Source of the DNA: Lama glama
Lineage: Eukaryota
Direction of reading: 5' to 3'
Assembly: GCA_028534125.1 (NCBI GenBank)
Contig: CM052817.1
Coordinates: forward strand, 47,990,001-48,054,000
Length of the DNA: 64,000 bases
Both the position numbers and the translations under genes were made by a program. The notes below the pieces were generated by a model. That model saw nothing but the letters and a program-made list of their open reading frames with translations. It was not told the origin of the DNA and ran no database searches. Position 1 is the stretch's first letter. Each line of letters starts with the position of its first letter. This document shows, one piece after another, positions 49,888-61,130 of this stretch.

Positions 49888-52800
49888 GACCATAAGAAGT
49901 ATATACATTTCCTACTTATTTTAATAAGTAGTTGCTTCAAGAGAAAGACTTCAAAATAAATATATAAACAAGCACTTCCATAAATACATATTGGCAGAAT
50001 ATTGTAGAGTCCATAAATAAGTTTAAAAATAAATTCCTTTAAGCTCACAGGAGAGAAAACGATCAATTCCAATTGGGAACTTGGTCTACAAGAGCCCCTG
50101 GTCACCACTTGGATCCAGACACATATGAAGCAGATATTTTGGCAACCAACTGCAGAATGACCTGTGTATACAGGATTTGTAATATGTTTAATTAGGCTTC
50201 TGGAAAGGTGAAATGGAAAAGCCAAAATACACTGCACTCTGTTTCTCTTCACTATTTGCTCAGCCCAATGGCTTACAAAACAAAGAAACTCTTTGCCCAA
50301 GGAATCTGGCTAGTTTAGAATTAGCCAATTGTCACTGGGACACTCTGTGTCCCGTGCTTGGTTTCAGGGTATTTCCACAGGTTGATCATTTTACGTCCCT
50401 TGGATTTTCACTTCTTGCTCCTTCTTTCCGTGTATCAAATTCTAGCCGATCCTCTGGAATGGAGGAATGTTCACTGTCAGTAACAGATGTTTAAAAAGGT
50501 GTCTATGAGTTTTCCATCTTCAACTGGCTTTTCTTTTTATGTTTACTGAGAGATCTAGAGAAAGAACAGGCTGCCGGAACTATAAGCCGAAAAAGGAGGT
50601 GATATCCACATGTCAATGTTAGTGCAGTTTCTACTTAGGGAATGTCAACTGTACTGGGTAAGGCTGTTCTTCTTTATCCTCCAGTGACCTAGTACCAGGA
50701 ACTAGCCACATGAATCCTCCGCTTTACACATTAGCAGGAACAATACCGGCAGGAATACGCACAAAAGCTCACTTGAGGCTAAGAGGTCAACTATGAGCAA
50801 CAACCGGCCACTGAGGCAGATCTGTCTGCTCTGACGCGCCACCACGTCACAGTGGGGAGAAAGGTGTGCAGGAGGACCACGCTGGACTTCTGGCTCCTCC
50901 ACCTTCTGGAACACAGTGTCCCCAGACTCCCTTGCCACACAACTGTCAAGAAGTTACCTCACTCCTCTTGACCACAGGTCCTGCATTTGTGAAACTGGAC
51001 TTGACACCATCCACCTCACATGGTTTCCATGTGAATTAAATAAGACAATGTAGGTAAAATTGCTAACACAGTGTCCAATACCAGGTAAACTAAATAAATG
51101 GTAGCCAAGATTACTAGTAGCTTTATGACCCAGAGAAAGCAGAATTTCACCCCAGGAAGAATGTCAGCTACCTCACAAGGTTTATGCGATAAAATATAGT
51201 TTATTAAAGTCCACTAATAAAACCTCTGGCATTTGGATGGGGCTTAATAAATGTTAGTCAAATCTGAATTTCTTCCCTCAGCATTCCCTCTTAGCATGGA
51301 ACTGATTAACCTGCTCTGAATAAGAAAAAATTTAAGAGTAGTCTCCACAATAATGAAACTTTTATTCCATTCTATTTAAGTAACATCTTAAGGAAACTAC
51401 ATAACAAGAACATAGATCTAGAATAAAACTGAGCAAGTTTCTTGCCTGTGTGGTTATGTCAGATTTATTGAAAGGTCTTTGGTAACTTGAGCACACAAGT
51501 GCTTCTTGATAAAGTCAAATATTTATACTCTAAGTCTCTAGACCAATAAGAGGGCAAAAATGGCTTTTGTTAGGATGACAAGGCGAATGAGGAAAACTTT
51601 GGGAAAAGCAGCTCTTGGGAAATTAGCTGCCACTATCTCAGCCTTATGTTTTAAACAAAATTAATGGCAAGTTTTTATTCACTCTTTGTTGTTATTATCC
51701 TTTTTGTTTTCCTAAGTATTTTTACCAAGCCTCACGTGTGAGATTTTCACTGTCACTAGACAAGTTCAAGTTACGAGCCCTTTAATCCACCGGACACATT
51801 CACCTATGACACTGCACTGGAGCTGAGCTACCATCTGGTATTAAATGGGATATATTTAGCCACTACTTTTCTCCAAACTCCTCTTCCATACCTACCCACC
51901 ATTACATTTAGGATGTGTATGGACACTATTCTGGGGTACATTTTCCAAATCTGTTTTATTCCAACCCAACACTAGGCCATTATCCAGGTCTGGTGATTAT
52001 CCAAATTCACTGCTTCTTTTCTGATTCCTGCAAGTGTTACACAGACACTGCTAAAACATACGTTAGGTCAATAAAAGGAGACTGAAATGATGAGTCTTTC
52101 AAATATCCATGGTTTTCTCAAGAGACCATGTCACCATGGATGACACAGTGCCAGACGTGCTGGGAAAGCATCTTGGCAGACACGGAGCCTAAGTGGGGCT
52201 CCCCTAGAAGGCCCTGCACTTCCTGTTTAGCCAACAGTCTATGATTAAACCTACTGTATCATCTAAAGAGGGAATGACACATAATAAAAATAAAACTGCA
52301 GATCGCATAGACTACGGTGCAGGGCATGGAAGATGAATAAGGATTATCTTCCATGACCTAATTTTCTTTAAATGTGTTAATTATGAAACACATATTGACT
52401 ATAATATGGGACCACAGAAAACACGATCCAGCAGCTCTTTTTAATGGTTACAACATATTGGCGCATAGCATTTATTAAGATAATAGAAAAATTATATAGG
52501 AAAAAAATGGTGATGAAATTCCACTCTGGTGACAACTATTTTGGAGCATTTGGAAGCCTCCCCCTGCTGTGAATAAACCGAAATGGAAGCCATGCTTAAT
52601 TCCAATTGCTTGACTTGGTCCAACAGTTTCATACCAGGGAAAAGGCCGTGTTTCACTTAGAGATACTACAGACAGCGATGCACTTGGCGCCTGAGAAAGG
52701 CTTTATTCCTCTTAATCATTCATCCATTATTAAGCATGTTCTCCCTGGAGCAGTCAACCCTAAATCAATAAAATATATCCCTCCTGCTGAGAGTGAAATA

Positions 52801-53343
52801 TAGTGTCTATCCCCTAGAGGCAACTTTTCTTGCCTTCCTAATTTGTTTATCATATTTAGCAAGTATTTTTCCCCCTCCAGGTACAAAACCAACACCTGGT
52901 CAGAAAATTTATTTTGACCTTTTCCAAAATATTAACACACCCTTGAGTGTGTAGTCACTGCAACCTTGACACATTAGGTAAATGAACACAGGCACTAGGG
53001 TAGAAATTATTTCTAGAAGTCTTCATCAAATGGATTTCTGATCGTTCATTCAAAAAGTAATTAACACTTTTTAAAAAAAAACCACATTTGATAAAAACCA
53101 CCATGTGTATATATATGTATGTGTGTGCACCTGTGCACATGTAAGCTTGTGGTGTGTGTATGGTGTGTGTTCTACTTCACTGCAAGTAGAACACAATTCT
53201 TAAAAAGCAATGAACTAGACCCTCAGTAAATTTTTGTTGATGGCAGAAGGGGAAGGAAAAAAGGCAGGAGAAGGAAGAGAAGGAGAAGGGAAAAGAGGAA
53301 GAAAGAAAGTCCATGTTCTGTTCCCTATTTACAAAATTCTAGC

Positions 53344-53730
53344 TTTTTTTTTTTTAAGTATAGTTGATTTACAATGTTGTGTTAGTGTCTAGCATACAGC
53401 ATAGTTATTCAGTTATATATATATATTCTTTTTCATTAAAGGTTATTACAAGATATTAAATATAGTTCTCTGTGCTGTACAGTAGGCCCTTGTTGTCTGT
53501 CTATTTTATATATAGCAGTTTGCATCTGCTAATCCCAAAAGTCCTAATTTATTCCCCCCATCCCTTTTTCTCTTTTGGTAACCAGAAATTTGTTTTCTAT
53601 GTCTGTTGGTCTGTTTCTGTTCTGTAAATAAGTTTATTTGTGTCATTTTTTAAGATTCCATACATATGTGATATATGATGCTTATCTTCCTCTGACTTAT
53701 CTTCACTTAGTATGATAATCTCTAGGTGCA
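53344..53730 (-). mobile_element. 5'-truncated L1 3' end, same family as 11928-12405, opposite orientation
   Basis: Poly-T then aagtatagttgatttacaatgttgtgttag...atagttctctgtgctgtacagtagg...cttcacttagtatgataatctctaggt. Confidence 0.9.
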
Positions 53731-55539
53731 TTTCTGCTTTTGAATGAATTAGATTCTTCCAAGAAGAACTGGACATCTCACATCTAGGATTTTAAAGCCT
53801 TTTTCTACATGACTACGTAAAGTGTACAATATTTTTGTAGCCTTAAGATTCAGAGAAATAGTATTAAATGATCTAACATGATGCACTGAACTCCTTAACA
53901 TTTTTTCTTTTAAATACTGCTTCAGTATTTCATATTTATCTACAACAGTACCTTAGCTTTTGTTTGCTTGTTTGATAAGCTTCCAGTGGAAGCTTAGTCA
54001 GTCTCCTTCTCTAGGAAAATTTCAAGGGAAGTTTAATGTCTGACCCCCTTTTAAAGAACACAACTAAAAGATTAATCTGCTGGGGCATCCTTTGTGGGAC
54101 AAAGAGAAATGAGAAAAACAACAAATTTTTACTCAGTGTCTCTTAAGTGCAAGATAATTTTACACAGATTATTTCATTTAATCCTTATAGTAACCTCTAA
54201 GAGTAGGTACAATTACTAACCCAGCTCACAGATTATGAAACAAAGAGAACTAGGAAATTAGCGTAGCCCAGGATTAGGTGGCTACTTAGAGCTGAATTCA
54301 AACCCAGTTTCCTTTACTCCAAACTCCTTACTGTTTAGACTATACCACACTAACAATTTCCTAAATTGGGATATTTGTGATGAGAAGAAATATTGTGAAT
54401 CGTCCTTCAATTGCATATTTTTCATTTTCACTTTAGGCTTTTGAGCTGAAGCATCTTCCTCCTCAGACACCTCTGCGATGTAACCTTCAAGGCAGAGTGG
54501 GAAACAGAACTTCTCCTACCTCTACATTAATGAATAGCTACCCTATTCCTCAGAAAAGGGAACGTTAGCACAAAACCTAGGTGCCAGGAACCGGACTGGT
54601 ACATCAAACTCCATGGCTGACTTTCCTTTTAGCAACTGCAACTGTGCTTCCTTGTTCTTCAATAAATGAGAACCTGGGTATGTGATGTGGGTTACTTACT
54701 GAGCGACAGATGGAGGCAGGAGGAAAAGAGGAAAAGGTGCATTAAGAAAAGGAAATTCAGGAGGTGATGAAGTTTTATGAAAATAAGTGAGAACAAGAAA
54801 GATCAGGAAGGGAGGAGGAAGGGCTGTCTTCACAAAGTGCCATAAAACCACAATATTATTGTGGCCACAAATACAGTTTTCTTAGTGATTAAGTGACCCT
54901 ATTTCCTTTCCTGTAAAATCATTTCTCAGTGTGCAGGATCACAACTCCATCTGCGCAGTTGCTGGTTCACTGTTACACACTGTCCCAGGGTTGAAAAACA
55001 AGTTATCTGCCAGTTTAAATATTATTGACTCATTGATTAAATTCTTTTACTAGGAGTGCATGTTGTGGTAAAAGGCCAGCCTTTTGCTGTTTTTAGAATA
55101 CTTACTGTAGCTGTACATGCAACTATATTATTCTCTCACTATCATTTTTCAGTTTGGTATCACAAAGTACTAAATTTATGGTGAATCTAAGCAGTCTTCT
55201 ATCAAAAAGTGTTAAGGTGATAGGAGAAATATGCAATTGTTAATCTTACGGGCTTTTGGAAAACATGAGATTGTCATGAAAATGCAAATTATCCATTTGC
55301 CTTTTTCTACACCAGAAACAAATCTCATCTCCATAGGCTTAAATAATCCCTCACATTCCCATATGTATCTTTCATGAATGCCACTCATCTGAACAACTTT
55401 AAAACTACAGGGTGCAACCAATGGGCCTGTTCCAGAATAAGCCAATCGACCGACAAGATTTGCTTAGAAGGGAGAATGATGAAGACTGGTTTGCTTGATC
55501 TATCATTCATCCTTACGAACCCTAATAATTTTAATAATA

Positions 55540-55790
55540 ATGGCGGTAACACTGAATTACTTACTAGAAACTGTCCAAAATATTTTGTCTGTAATACCTC
55601 ATTTTTTTCTTCAAAATAATTCTATAAGATAGGTACTATTATAACCCCATTTTACAGATGAGGAAGGTGAGGCAAAGCTACCTTGGGAAAAGGAACTTGC
55701 CCAAAGTCATACACTGGGCATTAGCCAAGCTGAGACTTGAATACAAGATTTCCTGACTTCAAAGCCCTGCCACACTGCTTTACTGGTACC
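55540..55790 (-). mobile_element. MIR SINE
   Basis: ataggtactattataaccccattttacagatgaggaaggtgaggc...aacttgcccaaagtcatac. Confidence 0.75.
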
Positions 55791-58171
55791 CCTGAGAGGT
55801 AATGGCAATTGTCACAGTCCTTCCAAGACAGCTCTGAGCTATTCAGGACAGACTTTGCACACAACCTAGGGCAAACAGGTCAAAGGAAAAGCTATCTAAT
55901 GCCAACTCATCCAGCACTCGCCATGCATGGGTAAAAGCCTCAATACCATTTTTTCAAGAAAACGAAGATCCTTCTTGGAAATAGAATTCCAAGTGATATA
56001 TTTGTCGTATTTTTCACAATGAAAATGCATTCAGATATGTCTTCCCTGGTTTCACATTACCTTCTCTGCCAGCAACCAATTAAAACAATGGCTGCAAGTT
56101 TCCATTAGCCTCAGGTGGGTGTGGGGCTGACACTCGGGAGTTCTTCTTTGTGCAGGTGTGCTGACAAAGCCCTCATCTGGCTTTATGAATACTTCGAACC
56201 TCCAAACAGCCTACAGTATTTTTTGCCTTTAGAAAAATCTTAATGTCTGATGACTCAGACTTCCCTAAGAAGTCAGTATACAGACTTTTCCGTAAATAAA
56301 TATACATATAAATAGATAGAAATAAATAAGTAAAACGGAAAGTTCAAAATCCCACAGTGAATTATGTCTATGATCTGGTATTTTGAATGTGTGTCGTCTG
56401 CATGTCTCCTGAAAGGCCAGGGAGCATGGTTACCGGGGGATTGACCCCTACTCTCCCAGGAAGGGGAGTCACGTAATGGTAACACGTTTCCTGGGGTTCT
56501 CTGGGGAGCATAATACTGAATTGATTCTAATAATATCTGTCACTCATTGAGTGCTTACTCTTTTCCAAGCACTTCTTAAGTTTTGAAATATTTCTAATCA
56601 GTGTACATCTTAACAATAATAGGCCATTATATCCATGGCACTCACGCTGCCTGAATCTTTAAACTTCTACTTTTTACCTGTCACTGCCTGCTTTTAAGCA
56701 TGGATTTTATTTTAATGTGAGCTGATTTCCCCTAAATGAGACAAAAAGAATCAACAAGTGCAAAGCTCAACAAAGCCCTTTCTTTTCATGGGTGTCACTG
56801 ACTGACCCATTTTTAGGAAACAGCATTCTCTTCTCTCTCACCATTCAAGACGCATGTGTGTCTTGTAAGCCTTCACACCAAAGTTGCCGAGAAGAGTGCA
56901 GAGACACTGCCAAAATATCTGGGAGTAGTCTGACATAGTCTGCACAAGCATCAAAATTCTTCATAGTACCTTGTTTGCATTCTAGTCTATAATATAACTG
57001 TTTGTTTTACTGTAAACAGTAAGAAATTTCTCCCTAGACTCTATAAATAAAAATGGATATGAATGAATGTGCCCTACATTTAAGCCCAGGTTTACACAGC
57101 CCTCCAAACACTGCCGTGCTTCTGGGACTACAAGACTGTAGTCAAAAAGCATGGATTGTGTGTCATTTTTTATTTTAAGGGACAATGACCTATAGCTAAT
57201 GGCAAAATTGAGAATCACTAGCACTACCAGCATTTAATTGGCTGACACAAATGTCTACATGCATTCTACCAGAGCAGATGCAAAGCAACTTTCACCAAAA
57301 TGAATCTTCCCTTTTTTCCCAAATGCCTTCTACATTATAAATTGATGGTGAATTACTCCAAGAGAAAATTCCGAAGACCACATTGAGCACTTTTTTGTGA
57401 AAAAGTTCTGATGCTGACTCAGGTTTACCAAGATGGATGTTAAAGGTCTAAGAGGTACAGAATCCTATTGCTTACCAAGAAGCTACTTTTACATTTTTCC
57501 TAACTCTGGAATATAAATCTCCTCCAAGAACATAATATTCCTTCTCTTACGCCTTTCTCTTGTTTCTTATTTTCCTTTCCTTTCCTTTCTTACTTACGTT
57601 GTCCAGTACAGATGAACTATAAAGCTCTACTTTATCACTAGGTGACTCCAGTCTGAATTTCTTTTTTAACTTCATGCTTCAATTATATAAAGTGAATCAG
57701 TATCTTGTTTCTTCTATAAGTTTAAAATGATTGATCTAGAATTTACTTAAGGAAGAGATTCCTATAGGAATAAGAAGGCAGCAAAATATGGAGTGGAAGT
57801 TCAGAGGACTAGGCTTGTCTGGTCCTGATATCTGTTAATACAGGGACCTGGCTTCCCCACCTATCAGATAAGATCAAGAATAATGTACCCATAATTTCCT
57901 TGCAAATAAGGCAGCTTGAGCTAATTTCAAAGTATTGAGCTAACTATGCTCACGTGCCAGAGCTCCTGGTTTCACTTCCTGGCTGGGTCACAGGGCTAAG
58001 ATACCTCCAGGCAATGAGACTATGAATTCAGCAGGGTGGTTTCTCAGAGAAAGCAGAACAAAACCCTTTCCTGAAGACCCTGATACCATGTTGAAAGTGG
58101 ACGTGCCTGGAGGCTACTGCTTCCTCCAAACACAGGGTAATAAGCACAAACACTGTGCACGATGTCCTCAC

Positions 58172-58443
58172 CTGGGTCCGGCGGCATACAAACACAGGAA
58201 AATTGAGTGTTGTAGCCCACTTTGAAGTTGGAGTTGATGGGGTAGTAATCAGCTAGCTTGATCATCTTCTTGAAAGCATCGTAGATAAAGATGAAGCTAA
58301 TCAAAGACGAGAAGCCCTCTTCGGTGAAGCGCGTGAAGTACTGAACCAAGAAGCTGGCGTCGGTGGCCACCAAAATGAAGCACAGGAAGGCTGACCACAG
58401 GCCAATCCAAAGGCGAAACTCCAAATAGTCAAAATTATGGTCC
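58172..58443 (-). CDS. SLC4A4: SLC4A4 (NBCe1) internal coding exon, 272 nt: [90 protein letters not shown]
   Basis: Translation matches the NBCe1 transmembrane region, including the SLC4 motif FTRFTEE. Acceptor tttgcag|G GAC, donor CCA G|gtgagg. Starts in phase 2, ends in phase 1. Confidence 0.97.
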
Positions 58444-58503
58444 CTGCAAAGAAGACAGGTATTTAGACTCCACTTCCATGGAACACAAAGAATAATGTAA
58501 AAC

Positions 58504-59100
58504 TGAGACAGGAGGGAAGGGGGCAGGGCACAGCCACTCAAGGAATGACAGCAACCAAAATGGTGGAAGAGTCACCTCCTAGTTGGCCTTGAGGATTAAG
58601 AGGTTTGACTTCTAATAGATCTTGAGCTTCATTATATGCTCATTGTAACAGCCTGATCAAATAACATGCCCGCAGGCACCAGGACAGCCCCAAGGCTAAC
58701 CGCAAAGGGCCAAAGAATGGGTGGTGCTGGGAATCCCAGCCCCTTCCCCAGGGCAGCTGGATTGATCCCACCTGTTGACTGTGAAGCTACTGAGACCCTA
58801 AAAAGGGACACCACGTCTAGTGGCCCTTTGAGCTCTCTCTCCCCTTCGGAGAAGGCCCGCACAGTGTCTGTGGTGTGCATACCTACTTTTACTTTAACCT
58901 GAGCACCCAATTCCCATGTCTCTTTCCTTGCCTTTCTCTTGCCTTACACTCTATGCCATGCATATCTCTCTAAATAAATCTACCTTTACTCAGTGGTGGC
59001 TCACACTTGAATTCTTTCCTGTGTGAAGCCAATGACCAGGGGCTTAACCAAGACCTGGGACTCGGCTCTCCTCACACCCTACAACCATTTTCCTGCATCA
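58504..59100 (+). mobile_element. Solo ERV1-class LTR (MER41-like), 597 bp, with a 4-bp TSD AAAC
   Basis: Begins TG (tgagaca) and ends CA (ttttcctgcatca), with aaac immediately on both sides. AATAAA at 58973-58978 is followed by cttgaattctttcctgtgtgaagcc, typical of MER41-like U5 regions. Confidence 0.8.
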
Positions 59101-60663
59101 AAACCACTGAATGACTGTAGAATGACTCCTAAAAATACAAGATCATTTTAGCCTCAAGATATAAAGCCCATTCTTGATTTTATCCAGAAAGTATCACCTT
59201 TAAGAATTTGGTCTAGTGATACTGGGCTACCATAAAGAAATAATTCCATAAGTTTGGGAAAAGCACAAAGAAAATAATCATACCATTGAATGTAAATAAC
59301 TCATTGATTTTCTCATTCAAAAAATATGATCCTTGTCTTCACAGAGTTCACAGAATAAACAATTTGAAAGCATAATACTGGTAACCAGCATGTGCTTAGT
59401 AAATGTTTATGAGCATTACTGGTTAAGGAAGACACTGAAATAAATATGTTCCCTGTCTGTCCCCAAGTCATCCAAGTCTACTGAGGAAGACTCACTGATA
59501 AACAGAATCACACTACAAAACACTGAGTGATACCTAAGGGTTCCCACCAAGCATCACAGAAGGAGTAACTAATTCTGGGGAGAGATGAAATTTCATAAAA
59601 AAACCTCAAAGGTGTTTAAGGATATGCAGGAACTTTCTGGACAGACCAGGGAGGGTCTCGCCAGGAAGAGGAAAGAGTGCTGAAAAAGGCATGCAGCATG
59701 TGGCTGCACACAATGCTCCCTGCGGACTGAGCGCCACCACCACAGGGAGGTGGGTCAGATACACGGCCTGTGGGCAGATCAATAAAGGCTGCATTGCCGG
59801 GTTACCACCGGACGCTACCGCTGGTCAGGAAGCTTCTCACAGACATGACACCCTCTGCTGGAGTCGTGTGTGAAAACTCTTGTGGCCACCTTTTCCGTCT
59901 GTGCCTGTCCTACACCAACCTTAGAACAGGCCACCTCCATCTAAGCAGGCCACTGTTTCTCGATGCCCTTTCTAATTCTTACAAGTAAATTAGTTCCAGA
60001 TTCACACTGAGGAAAAGATGGGTCAGGTGTTCACATTTTAGCATTTCATAGATTGCATTTCGTATTGATTCTTTTAAAATTATGTGGACAGTGCTTTAAA
60101 ATTTTTTTTTTTCCTCATCATCTGTGATGAAAAAGCAGAGAGGGGTAGTCACAGTTTCTGCACAAGAAAAAAATAAATCAAGGACCATGCACGCCCAAAA
60201 CTCTACGGCCTTGCTTTTAGACAATGAGTTTCGGTAACTGTTGGCCATGTATTTTAATGCTTTCCCAAAGGCCTCGAACCTACACCTTTACCATCAACAA
60301 CCCAGGCTGGGCCACCAAGAAGTCCCGCCTGATTCTTGTAAGAACCTCCTTACTAATATTCATGCTCTGAGTCCCTGCTCAAAGCCATTTTCCACATCAC
60401 AGCCAAAATGACCTTTTCAAATGTAAATCAGATGTCCCAGTTTAAAACCTTTTGGTGACCTTGCACTGCTCTTAGAACAAAACTCAAATTCTCTACCTAG
60501 CTCTGTGCCCAGCACATGGAAATTAAATACAGACTTCAGTTAGTTAAATACAAATTTGCTGGATGAATTAAGGCATGCCTGGTTTAGGACTGATAGAGAC
60601 AATTACTGTCACTGTAACCAGGTGATGAGTAACTAAAAATTTTACTGATACTAGAATTAAAAA

Positions 60664-61130
60664 TTGCTTAGATTTTGTGTGTCCACTTGGCTGAGCCAAG
60701 AGGTGCCCATATATTGGGTCACACATTACTCGGTGTTTAAGGGTGGTTTTGATGAGATTAACATTAAAATCGGTAGACTCTCAGTAAAGCAGATTGCTCT
60801 CGATAATGAGGGTGGGCCTCATCCAATCAGCTTCTCAATTGAATAGAACAAAAAGACCAGTTTCCCTCAAGTAAGAGAGCCCTCTCCAGTGGGCAGAGCG
60901 CCTCTGGACCTGACCTGTAACATGGGCTCTTCCCAGTTCTCTGGCAGACAGACTTGGAGCTAGAACTGGAACGTCAGTTCTCCTGGGTCTCCAGCCTGCT
61001 GGTCAACCCTGCACGTTTTGGACTTGCCAGCCTTAATAACTGTGTGAGCCAGTTCCTTATAACAAGTCTCTTATATATGTGCATGCACATCCTATTGGTT
61101 CCATTTCTCTGGAGAATCCTAATACAGACA
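60664..61130 (+). mobile_element. MLT2-type ERVL LTR
   Basis: tgtgtccacttggctgagcc...gatgagattaacatt...taaagcagattgctctc...gggtgggcctcatccaatcag...ggacttgccagcct...tgtgagccagttcctt...cctattggttccatttctctggagaa. Confidence 0.8.

Noticed and set aside
49851..50300. 149-aa minus-strand ORF and the other short ORFs in the track
   Set aside because: Low-complexity F/L/I-rich translations of AT-rich intron and SINE tail, with no recognisable homology or splice structure.
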